Below are positions 12,901 to 22,831 of a stretch of 64,000 bases of DNA, piece by piece (within the stretch, counting starts at the first letter, position 1; each line of letters begins with the position of its first letter). The notes below the pieces were generated by a model that saw only the letters and a list, made by a program, of their open reading frames with translations, did no database searches and had not been told where the DNA came from. The translations under genes and the position numbers were made by a program. The stretch is from Laetmonice hystrix (lineage: Eukaryota): positions 26,536,001-26,600,000 of the forward strand of contig OZ249436.1 of the NCBI GenBank assembly GCA_965235115.1, written 5' to 3'.

Positions 12901-15879
12901 ATGTCATCCCGTAAAACAAAGTTGTCGGCTCTCCACGCAGGTGTACGTCGCAAACAAGCGAGGAAATCCTGCCCAGGTTGTGGCGTTTCCTTCAACTCAA
13001 AACATCTCTCTAAACACAAATCAAACAGCTTCGTTAACGGTCAGTGGCTATGCAATAAGGAGGCGAACACAAATGTAGACGACACGCTCTCGGACAATAC
13101 GATCAGTTCTGAAACATCAAGTTCCGAGGAAGATCTTTCTCCACCCAATAGTCCTGATGATCTGAGACGGAATCTTAATAAAGCCATCCAGCACCATGTT
13201 CGTCGGACAATACCTGAGTGTGATCTATATGATGACATAAGTGAACCAATCTGTACTGATGACGAATGTGAGTTATGGGACGACATTGATCTGAGTGAAA
13301 TAGAAGATGACCTAGATGAAGGAAACGAGGCTGCTGGTGAAGATGACCCTACACGCAGACATCAAACTGCAGGGGATGGAGAGATCCTATTATGGCTGTG
13401 CATATTCTTATGTACACTTCAGGCAGCTTTTATTTTGCCTGATGTGGTACTCAACCACATTCTACAGTTTCTACAAGTTTTGTTTTCTGTGACCGGGCAA
13501 AATATTACAGCCTGTGTTACACTTGCAACTGTATTTCCTGGATCTGTATATATGCTGTGGAAGACACTTGGATTTCAGAAAGATAGTTTCCGAAAGTATG
13601 TGGTTTGTGAAAAATGTTTCACGCTATACAAGTACGAAGACTGCATTCAGACTGTACAAGGGAGACAGACATCAGCAAGATGCAACTTTGTTCCATATCC
13701 AAACCATCCACAAAAAGCTAGACGGGCAGAATGTGGCAATTTGCTGTTGAAAAATGTTGAGCTTGCACACGGGACAACAAAGCTCTATCCATTTAAAGTT
13801 TATTCTTATAAGCCAATTGTGGAAAGTCTGGCCCGGTTACTTAAGAGAACTGGCTTTGAAAACCAGTGTGAAGAATGGCGGGCAATTTTGCATACCGAAG
13901 GTGTATACACGGACGTCTATGATGGCGCAGTATGGCAGGAATTCCAAACAGAAAAGTATGGCAATTTCCTGCAGAATCCAAGACACTATGGATTAATGCT
14001 AAATGTAGATTGGTTTCAGCCATTTGATCATGTTTGTTACTCAGTTGGTGTCATATATGCTGTAATATTAAACCTCCCAAGAAGTGAGCGTTTTAAGTTA
14101 AAAAATGTCATTCTTTGTGGCATCATTCCCGACATGGGAAAGGAACCACCACTGCAAACATTCCTTGATCCGTTAGTAGATGAACTACAAAGTGCATGGA
14201 CGGATGGTTTCAAGATACGCACGCACCTGCATCCTGGCAATGATGTTACGGTTAAACTTGCCCTGATGTGTGTAGGTTGTGACATCCCAGCAACAAGGAA
14301 ACTGTGTGGCTTTCTAGGCCACGCAGCAAACTTAGGATGTTCAAAATGCTACAAAGTATTTCCCGGTACCGTCGGAGAAAAGGATTATTCTGGGTTTGAC
14401 CGCGGTAACTGGCCTAAAAGAGACATTGTCCAACATCATGAAAATGTAAAAAAGATATTAAAAACACGCGCAGCAGTTGAAAAGTCTAATATGGAAAGAA
14501 GTCTAGGCGTTCGTTATTCACCATTATTGAAAATGAATTACTTCGATCCTGTTCGCATGGCCACCATAGACCCCATGCACAACATATTTGAAGGCACAGC
14601 GAAACACGTGATAAAGGTATGGGTTAAACACGGGGTAATTGAAGACCGATCGTTTGCAAGGATACAAGAAAACATGGATCGTGTTGATACGCCTAGCAAC
14701 TTGGGCAGGCTGCCGAGGAAGATTGCATCTTCTTTCGGAGGATTTAATGCCGATCAGTGGAAGAACTGGACAAATATCTTCTCTGTTTTCGCCCTTAAAG
14801 GGGAAATTGAAGATAAATATCTCCAAAACTGGAGAAAGTTCGTCTTGGCCTCTAGAATCTTGTGCAGCACCGTCATTACAACTGCAGAAATAAATATGTT
14901 CGACAGTTATATCATGGAATTTTGCAAGGAATTTGAAGAACTCTTCGGGAGAGAACGTATAACTCCAAATATGCACATGCACGGCCATCTTAAATCCTGT
15001 CTACTCGATTATGGGCCAGTTTACGGATTCTGGCTTTTCAGTTTTGAGCGATTTAACGGGCATCTAGGATCAATGCCTAACAATAGCCGTTCTGTGGAAG
15101 TCCAGTTCATGCGCAGATTTTTAAGAGATGCCTTTGTGTTTTCGCTGGACAGACCTCATAGCCACCAAGAAGAATTCAATGAAGTTGTCTCTCGACTACT
15201 TAGTCATGGCCGTGGAACATCAGAAACGGAGACACAATTGTCTTCATCTAGATCTTCTATTCTGTCAATCAGGGATATGTCATCACCAATAAGCTCAGTG
15301 CACGACAAAAATTGGAGTGATATTTCAATGTATGCCTTGAAACAGCGTCGAAAGTGCACACTCGATACTGATCAGCTCTTTTTCTTGAAAAAGATGTATC
15401 TCTACATTTACAATGAAGTTGATGACACAGCAAGTGATTTCACAGTCCCCGTATCATGTTGGCGATGTGAGGCCATATCTGTTGGAAAGGAGGTGTTTGG
15501 CACTGCTACATCAAGATACAGAAGGTCGTCTCTTATAACTGCAAACTGGAATGCTGGCGACGGAAAAATCGTCACTGATGATCATTTGCCCTTATGTCCA
15601 GGAGTAATTGAAAAACTCTTTCTACACAATCTTGTCCGTAATGGTGTAGTTCATAGTCATTTAATTGCACAGGTCAAATGGTATGATTCTATTCCTGAAC
15701 TGAAGAATTATTGTGGACCACCGGTTGAAGTATGGCGGAAAGACTTGTTCGACACATTTGGGGAGTCTACATTTATGCCAGTGCAACGCATATACTGCAA
15801 ATTCGTCCAGTGTGAGGGACTCGTAAGAAACAAGAAAGTTCAGTTTGTGTGTACAGTCGGGCGGGGACTACAGCTTTGA
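12901..15879 (+). CDS. CACTA/EnSpm (Tnp2/Transposase_21-like) DDE transposase, 992 aa, intact
   Basis: Motifs DVYDG, LMLNVDWFQPF (D), ILNLPRSERFK, VGCDIPATRKLCGF (D), GCSKC, IDPMHN, PNMHMHGHL and WLFSFERFNG (E); N-terminal Cys/His clusters; candidate 5'-UTR splice acceptor tatttacag at ~12832-12840. Confidence 0.95.
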   Translation: MSSRKTKLSALHAGVRRKQARKSCPGCGVSFNSKHLSKHKSNSFVNGQWLCNKEANTNVDDTLSDNTISSETSSSEEDLSPPNSPDDLRRNLNKAIQHHVRRTIPECDLYDDISEPICTDDECELWDDIDLSEIEDDLDEGNEAAGEDDPTRRHQTAGDGEILLWLCIFLCTLQAAFILPDVVLNHILQFLQVLFSVTGQNITACVTLATVFPGSVYMLWKTLGFQKDSFRKYVVCEKCFTLYKYEDCIQTVQGRQTSARCNFVPYPNHPQKARRAECGNLLLKNVELAHGTTKLYPFKVYSYKPIVESLARLLKRTGFENQCEEWRAILHTEGVYTDVYDGAVWQEFQTEKYGNFLQNPRHYGLMLNVDWFQPFDHVCYSVGVIYAVILNLPRSERFKLKNVILCGIIPDMGKEPPLQTFLDPLVDELQSAWTDGFKIRTHLHPGNDVTVKLALMCVGCDIPATRKLCGFLGHAANLGCSKCYKVFPGTVGEKDYSGFDRGNWPKRDIVQHHENVKKILKTRAAVEKSNMERSLGVRYSPLLKMNYFDPVRMATIDPMHNIFEGTAKHVIKVWVKHGVIEDRSFARIQENMDRVDTPSNLGRLPRKIASSFGGFNADQWKNWTNIFSVFALKGEIEDKYLQNWRKFVLASRILCSTVITTAEINMFDSYIMEFCKEFEELFGRERITPNMHMHGHLKSCLLDYGPVYGFWLFSFERFNGHLGSMPNNSRSVEVQFMRRFLRDAFVFSLDRPHSHQEEFNEVVSRLLSHGRGTSETETQLSSSRSSILSIRDMSSPISSVHDKNWSDISMYALKQRRKCTLDTDQLFFLKKMYLYIYNEVDDTASDFTVPVSCWRCEAISVGKEVFGTATSRYRRSSLITANWNAGDGKIVTDDHLPLCPGVIEKLFLHNLVRNGVVHSHLIAQVKWYDSIPELKNYCGPPVEVWRKDLFDTFGESTFMPVQRIYCKFVQCEGLVRNKKVQFVCTVGRGLQL

Positions 15880-16699
15880 ACGATGCTGAATCTTGTCAGA
15901 CTCTGAAGTGGCGAATATATAGGTCAATCCTATATAGATATATATTGAGGTATGGTCTCATGGTGAGTAGAACAGGGCCAAATCAAGCTGTGTGTTGTAT
16001 CTAGAATGTGTAATGTAAATTGCCCCCCCCCCCCCCAAAAAAAAAGAAGGTTGGATGAAAACTGATTTAGGGGATAGGTGGGTTTTTCTAGTTGACGGCG
16101 GAGCGTTTGGCCTGGCAGGGTGAAATCCACCTTATCGAGGTCAGCAGGCACACAGATTGGGGATGCGGTCATGTGCTGCCGGGCAGCCGCCCCCACTTCC
16201 ATTATCGGATATATCGGGGTTAATATGGTGCAGAGGTTGCAGAGGGAAACCTCAAATATGTCCAACCGGGCAGACTTGGTGCATATATTATGTTGAACTC
16301 CTTGAATATTTTGTTATCTCGACTGAGAATGCTGTGTGGGGAAGGAGGGGGCGCTGCGATATATTTCGCATAAATGATTGTGCTATAGATTCAGGAAGTC
16401 CATGGCCACTATAAAGCCAAGGATTTCTTTGTTTCCCCTCGTACGTCCCTCTTGAGCGTTATTTAAGGTTTACATTTGCATAAACTTAATGATGTGCAAT
16501 GCCCGTCGTCCAAACTTTGTGTTTTACTGACTACTTCCTGAACCTTCAAACTGTTTCACTGATTAATTGTAAATTTAATTAATCCAATGCGTTCTTTTAT
16601 ACAAGTCAAAATTGTGACAATAGGGATGGAAGCCTATGTGATTGTACATGTATATGTTCATGCAGGATTTAGTTTTCATGTCAAGCGGTTTGAACATGC

Positions 16700-16972
16700 C
16701 AGGCGCGCGTTCATGGCGCGGGGGGGGGGGGGTCCAGCGTCCGCCCCCCTGCTCCCCTACACTAGTTATTTTCTATCTTAGATTCAACGGAATAAGGTCG
16801 AACGAGCAAGTGCGACGCATTCCCGCCGTTTTGAACCCGTTGCGCGATGAATCCTATCCTTTCGAAATTTTCTGGGGGAGGTCGCACAGACCCCCGGCCA
16901 ACCCGGCTGGAACGGCTGTGCCGGCCCTAAGCACCCCCCCCCCCCCTACGGAAAATCCTTGACACGCGCCTG
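16700..16972. mobile_element. MITE with CAGG..CCTG termini and 5-bp TSD (CATGC), inserted inside the CACTA element
   Basis: TIR caggcgcgcgttca / tgacacgcgcctg; catgc at 16695-16699 and 16973-16977; internal polyG/polyC tracts. Confidence 0.8.
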
Positions 16973-17189
16973 CATGCTAACCTGGATCCTCAGTTCGGCT
17001 ATGTAATATACCGCTAGACTGAGCGGCCAGACCCACTTTTAGTCATTTAGAGCTGGAGGCTAGTCTAATATACCGCCTGCATTGTTTTACTATGTGAGAA
17101 TTAAGCCTCCATGTGGGAGTTCATTGTACTGCTATTAGTAAAACCTAGGCCTATTAGAAAAGGCGTTTAAAAGTTACTGAGGTTTAGTA

Positions 17190-17840
17190 GCCTCATTTGA
17201 AAGATGCGTTATACTTTGAATATACGAACCGTTCGATGTTTTATTAAATGTCACATTTAAATATATTATACCTGAATAAGCGTCCTTATTAAAATTACTG
17301 CGGTTTAATCGCTTTATTTTTCATATATACAAAGACGTATTATATGTTAAATAATAGAAAATTTAATTGCCACTTTTAGTTGACATAAACGTATTATACT
17401 CCATTATACTTGATTAAATTTTTAGAAACGTCATGTTTGAATATTTCATTATATATGACCTTTAAGATAAAGTATTCTAGCCTTAGCTTTCATCCATGAC
17501 ATTTAGAAAGGCATAAAGTTTTCGTATACATGACTTTTCCTTATGTTTAAATTTGATTAAACGTCACGTTTAAGATAGTTACCAATTAAAGCTGATTAAA
17601 CGGCGTTTTTAAAAATACTAAAGTTTACTTGTCTTATTTTCCATATATACAAGAAGTTTTAGACTCCCTCTATATCTAGAGTATACAAGCAATTTAAGAG
17701 CACTTATAGATGGCATAAACGTATTATACTCTATTATACTTTATTAAATGTTCAGAAACCTCACGTTTAAATTATTCATTATATATGACGTTTAAAATCA
17801 AGTATTCCTGCCTTAAATTTCCCCCATGACATTTCAAAAG
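17190..17840. repeat. Right subterminal array of the CACTA element: two diverged ~330-bp copies
   Basis: cataaacgtattatact at 17384 and 17714; downstream blocks (ttcattatatatgac, ccatgacattt) keep the same spacing. Confidence 0.85.
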
Positions 17841-17931
17841 ATATAATTTTTTTTGTATACGCTACTTTTCATGCAGTTATTACGTCTACATGGAAAGATT
17901 AGGGGGAGGTGGGAACGTGCGGTATCATATA

Positions 17932-18180
17932 TCGGGTGGGCAAAACAATTATTTTGGAACACTCTTTTCTTGACTGTAACTTCTATAATTTTTACCCCAA
18001 TGTCATAATTATTTGGACCATGATATCTGCTACTGTGTCTGAATGACGTGACGTCAAATGTATGAAATGCCCCCTGCCAAAAACAGATGATAGCATGTTT
18101 CAAATATTATGACATTGGGGTAAAAATTCTAGAAGTTACAGTCAAGAAAATAGTGTTCCAAAATTTTTAGGCCCACCCGA
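17932..18180. mobile_element. TA-flanked MITE (Tc1/mariner-like), termini TCGGGTGGGC..GCCCACCCGA
   Basis: Long imperfect inverted arms (tggaacactcttttcttgactgtaacttct..ccccaatgtcataat vs attatgacattgggg..agaagttacagtcaagaaaatagtgttcca). The right TA is restored when the LTR element is removed. Confidence 0.8.
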
Positions 18181-18181
18181 T

Positions 18182-19095
18182 TGTATCGGGCCTTTGTTTA
18201 GGGTTTTGCAGTTTAAATAGGTATTCGATGTTGGGGTAGAGCTTTGGCTATTGCGAGAGGGTTTTCCCGATAATGTCTTCTAAACGTAGGGGTAAGCTAG
18301 GCTCTATCGTATGGCTTCGTGAGATGGGGTCCAACTCAGACTGAGGGATGACTAGCGGTCGAAGGTTCAATCATTTATTAAGACAATCCGGATGTAGAGT
18401 TCGTCCGTGTGTAGAGTACAGATATCTCCTCGCGGTAGATGTAAAGTACAAGTGTCTCCTCTGAAGTTGAAGTAAAGTACAAGTGTCTCCTCTGAAGTTG
18501 AAGTAAAGTACAAGTGTGATATTCACATACGCTACAAGTTTTGACTCTCACCTCCCTTTCTCTGAACTCCCCTAGTAGCTGTGATGTGTAATGTCCGAAA
18601 GTCTGAATCCTAAACGTTTCTCAGTAATTCCGAAGAATCTGCAAAGTCTTGTTTCCGTACTGATCTCCTATTGCAAAGGCTGAATGCTGAAAACCTCCCA
18701 AGTGCGGGATGATGAGAAAGCTAAGTGCTGAGCGAGAGAACTCCACGTCTGCTCATCTCCAAGTTAAAACCACATACGACTACTGCAAGGTTGCGCGTCT
18801 ATATATATCTACCAGCTTTTCGGGGGATTTTCTTGGTTCGTGACTAAGCCTGCACTACCTGAACCTATGGAGGGGTTTGGGCTGGTAAGGTGGATGAGTT
18901 ATTGCTTTTCTGCTGTACCTGCTGAACCTTCCTCCTGTAGGCGAATGATTTATGACTCTGTAGTTGTACCTGTTGCCCTTCTGGCTAAGGCTTGCTGTTG
19001 GTTTGGATACTCTAACATAGGAAATTGTGTGACTAGCTAAAACTGATGTATAAAACCGTATTTGTTAAAAGTTACTAGTGGTGTACTCCAACACA
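18182..19095 (-). repeat. 3' LTR (914 bp)
   Basis: No difference from 29368-30281 found by eye. Minus-strand AATAAA at 18374-18379, TATATATA near 18800, internal 31-bp direct repeat (gtaaagtacaagtgtctcctctgaagttgaa) at ~18441-18515. Confidence 0.97.
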
Positions 19096-19113
19096 CCCTC
19101 GCGGTCCCCCTTC
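19096..19113 (-). promoter_or_regulatory. Polypurine tract (GAAGGGGGACCGCGAGGG) abutting the 3' LTR
   Basis: Purine-rich run directly before the LTR TG on the minus strand; imperfect. Confidence 0.7.
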
Positions 19114-19505
19114 AAATAATTTTCGAAGGAAATTATTTGTAATATTAAAATTATGCCCGGGGGCGATTAAAAACTTACATGTTTCTACCTCTCCGGATTG
19201 TGTAAAACCGTAAATACATGACAAAATAGATTACATATGAAATATATGAGAACCTTCATCACTCATCAACAGAAATAAATATACTCGTAACTTCATGCCA
19301 TAGTCTGAGTAAAATGTTCGTGTGTGGAGTAAAATCTCCCACGATGCGTTGCAAATGTTCATAAGAAGGCGTGTACAATTAGCGTCCTTCTGCCTTCACC
19401 GAAACTTCGAAACAGTATGCGTATAAAGCTGAGACTGCCAACATAGCGAATGTCTCTATATAGCAAAGATTAAATGTTCATGAAGAAAAAGAAAGGTGTA
19501 TGTCA

Positions 19506-22178
19506 CTAAGCCTGGGCCGCTTGCGGTGCCGTGGCAGGGACATATGCTTCAGTTTCAAGCGGGTGGTAGCCGTCTTGGGCGGCCAGGCGGGGGTAGAGAG
19601 GGGTCGAGTGCTCCTGGCTTAACCCCACCGGAACATGAGACCATGTCCCCACGTGCCCTGGTGTATCCGTGTTAATGATCGTGGCGAGGCCCTGATCGTA
19701 ACGGAGAAGTCGAACGAGCACCCTGGTAGGGTGGACTGAAGCCAGCGCCAGTGCATGGCGCCTTGGGAGTGAAACTGTCCGTGGTAACGAGAGAACGGTG
19801 CAGCCCTCCGTCTGAACATTCATGTGGTGTTGAACGATTAGTGCTGATGCCCACGTCAAGGTTATTGTAGCTGACAGGCGGTGTAGTTTAACAGCGTAAT
19901 GAGTTAACAGAGGCAAACGAGATAACGTCAATGTCTCTGCAGCAAAGTTCATCATTCCCAATCGAATGGTTAAAAGTTCGGAGCCCGTGTAAACTTGCAG
20001 TGCTAGGCCTGCAGCGGGTTTGTCTCTGGATACATAATAGGCAAAGAGTCCCAGTGAAAACACACACAATACCGTCAGTAAGATGATCAAAGCAAGCGTA
20101 GCGTAGAGAGGTGCGTGTAGATCAGTCATGATGGGCGGTCCCGCTTGTGGGTGGGTAGAGTGGCCCAGCACAACCTCGGCCACCGTGCGCTGCGGCGTTC
20201 CCAGAGCTGCCAAAGCGAGTAATGAAGCCTTGTGTCGTCGTAGCAGAATAATCACCACGATGACGGCGATGGCAATAGCTGGCATAATCCCGATCGGTAT
20301 CCATGATCTGGTGGCGATGTTCGCTTGATTCGCCTCCATAACGCCTAGGTCATCATGAAACAGCGGAGTGTGCTGTTGGCGGGCCTCTTGAAGTTTTTGA
20401 AGAGAGACTTTAAGATTCGACTGGTCACTTTTGAATTTTTCCGCATTAAATGAGTCGTCGGGGGGGATTGGGTCTGGTATCACCCACGGTTCAGGTAACA
20501 TGTGATCGTCGCGATAACCAACTAGCGGTATGCCGATAGCGTTCAAAAGGATAGAGTTAATAGGATATCGGATAGTGGTTTCGAACTGCTGCTTCGGGCA
20601 AGCGGTTAACTGGTACGGTATCCAAGAGTCCGGAGTCCGTAACGCACAGTCGCAACCCAGTGTGATAAGGGCTAATTGCGAAATAGTCTTCGGTTCGACC
20701 GGCCTGTCCCTGCACATCATATCAGCTTTCGTCGAGAGAGAGCTGACGACGGCACGTCCTTTACCGATATAGATGAACCGTTCCTTAAAGGAAGCGTTGA
20801 CAATGTATGTTGTGCGGCAGATTCGAGAAATGTCTTTAGCGTCGTTTCGATATAGTGCTGTTATGCAAGAGTCCGATGACATGTACTGCATATACCACAT
20901 GTTAGGGCATGTTTGAATTTCGTCTCCAGTACAGTCTTGCCAATCGTGATCGGAAAGTGGTATGAGAAATTGTTTATCAATCGAAACCGCGACTTCGTTC
21001 GGTAACCCTGTAATGAGCGTAGCATCGACTCGCGTCTTGTTAATGACGTGTATCGGAATAGGTAACGCGTGTACGTGATAGATTCGAAACAAATGCTGCT
21101 GAGCCGTGATGGGTATTCGTATGAGAATGTCTAGTCTCCTGCCCTGTCTCGAAAACACGGGGTTCGCATTATCGTAGTAATAAGCTGTTGATGTGAACGC
21201 TAGATTATGGTGCGGGTAATTCTCTTGAAGGAAAACTGAAATGTTAGTTAGTGCTTGTTCGAGCGCGTGGTGCGGCACCAAGTTTGATGAAAGTTCGCCC
21301 CTGGTTAGGTCTCGAATTCCATCGAGGAATTTAACTGATTCTGTTAACATAGAGACAGCAGACAGTGTCATAGCCTGAACTCTGCCTGATAATGTGTAGA
21401 ATAACATCTGTAAATGGCGTGAAATCGTTTCATTGCGTTGCATGCCCCTCACGGCATGAGCCATTAGATTAACATAGCGCGTCACGTTACTGATACGATA
21501 GTGACTATTTAAAAGAGCTTCTACCACACGATCAATCCTATCGTTAGTGACGTTTACCATATGTACAGTATTTACATGTTTAGCATCTTGCTTCGCGCTG
21601 AAGCTGTGAAGCTGGCGCGATAGGGTGGCCATCGCCCTCGCGTTCTTGAGGATATCCTTATTGCGGCCTGTGCCAAATAAATAGTAGCTGATTGTTGATA
21701 CAATCTCGAACGGTGCTCGCGGGTGACGTCTGGCTGACCATTCGTCTTTGGGAAGCAGGCTTAGGGCCGCTTCCAGATTACCGCGGACCTGGCGTAAGGT
21801 TTCGTTCAAACCCCGTCGAACTGTGTTAATGTACATGATGAGCATGTCGTACTGCAGATGACGGTCATTAGTCGCCGGGTGTGAAGCTCGCATCGGAGCG
21901 CGTGCAGCTGTTGGATAAACATCCAACAGGCTGGTCAGAGGTGCTAAATGTACAGGGGGTATGTCGACATGAAAAACCTGGTATATCCAAGCATCTTTAG
22001 CAGTCGAGATCAACTTTGAAGGCTGGAGCACAACCCCATAATTGAGTCGTAACTCTGTCTCATCTAAGAAATTAAGTTGAATAGTGTTTTGGGGTGTTAG
22101 GACCAGTGTCCAAACAACGAGGAATATAATGTTAGAGATCCGCATCTTGACCCTCACTTCCGTACTGTCTGTGAGCAT
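19506..22178 (-). CDS. env: Envelope glycoprotein of errantivirus/baculovirus-F type (class I fusion-like), 890 aa
   Basis: Signal peptide MRISNIIFLVVWTLVL; LRLNYGVV; furin-type RRHPR (21717-21731) followed by the fusion-peptide-like APFEIVSTISYYLFGTG; helical region with N-glycosylation sites; Cys-rich region; TM WIPIGIMPAIAIAVIVVIILL. Confidence 0.88.
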   Translation of the reverse strand: MLTDSTEVRVKMRISNIIFLVVWTLVLTPQNTIQLNFLDETELRLNYGVVLQPSKLISTAKDAWIYQVFHVDIPPVHLAPLTSLLDVYPTAARAPMRASHPATNDRHLQYDMLIMYINTVRRGLNETLRQVRGNLEAALSLLPKDEWSARRHPRAPFEIVSTISYYLFGTGRNKDILKNARAMATLSRQLHSFSAKQDAKHVNTVHMVNVTNDRIDRVVEALLNSHYRISNVTRYVNLMAHAVRGMQRNETISRHLQMLFYTLSGRVQAMTLSAVSMLTESVKFLDGIRDLTRGELSSNLVPHHALEQALTNISVFLQENYPHHNLAFTSTAYYYDNANPVFSRQGRRLDILIRIPITAQQHLFRIYHVHALPIPIHVINKTRVDATLITGLPNEVAVSIDKQFLIPLSDHDWQDCTGDEIQTCPNMWYMQYMSSDSCITALYRNDAKDISRICRTTYIVNASFKERFIYIGKGRAVVSSLSTKADMMCRDRPVEPKTISQLALITLGCDCALRTPDSWIPYQLTACPKQQFETTIRYPINSILLNAIGIPLVGYRDDHMLPEPWVIPDPIPPDDSFNAEKFKSDQSNLKVSLQKLQEARQQHTPLFHDDLGVMEANQANIATRSWIPIGIMPAIAIAVIVVIILLRRHKASLLALAALGTPQRTVAEVVLGHSTHPQAGPPIMTDLHAPLYATLALIILLTVLCVFSLGLFAYYVSRDKPAAGLALQVYTGSELLTIRLGMMNFAAETLTLSRLPLLTHYAVKLHRLSATITLTWASALIVQHHMNVQTEGCTVLSLPRTVSLPRRHALALASVHPTRVLVRLLRYDQGLATIINTDTPGHVGTWSHVPVGLSQEHSTPLYPRLAAQDGYHPLETEAYVPATAPQAAQA

Positions 22179-22831
22179 GGCCGGGCGTATACCTCAAATA
22201 CACCACGACTCCGTGGCCCAGGAATTACGTATCAGCTATAGCGGGACAGAGCCCGGACGATGCATTCAACTTATGATGTGTGTCCCTTACCCCTGGGAGG
22301 GGGAGGTGGCCGCGGTGGCTGTGCCCCTGGAGGCGGCGTCCCGGGGCCTAATCGTGGGCCTGCGGGAGGCCGCCGAGAGGCAGGCTTCTCCCCTCCCAGG
22401 CGCCGGCCGAGGGCAGCAGCGGGCGGCCGCTCCCTGTGCGGCGGGCGGCCCTGGCGACTCTCCCCCGGTGGTGCGGCCCTGGGCGCCGCCGGCCCGGGCG
22501 GGACAGGACCCTCCCCTCTGGGCTCCCGGCGCGGGCGGGGAGAGCGGTGAGGCGAGGGCGGCGCCGGCGTCTCCGTCGCCTCCCGACGGCGGGCCTCTGG
22601 AGGGGCTGGAGGGACTTGAGGGACTTCTGTCCCTCAGTCCCGGGCAACAAGCGAAGTGGGCCCGCTGGGCCAGCGGGGACCTGTAACGGTAAGTGTTACT
22701 TCTTCTTCCGACCGGGCTCACTCCCTTCAAGGACAGCAACTGTAAACCGGTTGTCTGGTGTAATGGAAAAACGAAACAAAAATTCCGAATTTCGAAAAGA
22801 TATTGAAAGTCAATTAATTCACAAGAGCGTG

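Larger units (their letters stand above)
6101..17878. mobile_element. CACTA/EnSpm (CMC superfamily) DNA transposon, apparently full length, two genes
   Basis: Left end CACTGCATGAAATAAAGCGT (6101). Right end reverse complement AACTGCATGAAAAGTAGCGT (ends 17878, 16/20 match). AT dinucleotide on both sides (2-bp TSD). AT-rich subterminal arrays at both ends. Encloses a Tnp2-type transposase and a partner gene. Confidence 0.8.

Noticed and set aside
18840-19040. 66-aa ORF duplicated at 30026-30226
   Set aside because: It lies inside both LTRs, antisense to the element, with no recognisable domain; useful only as evidence of LTR identity.
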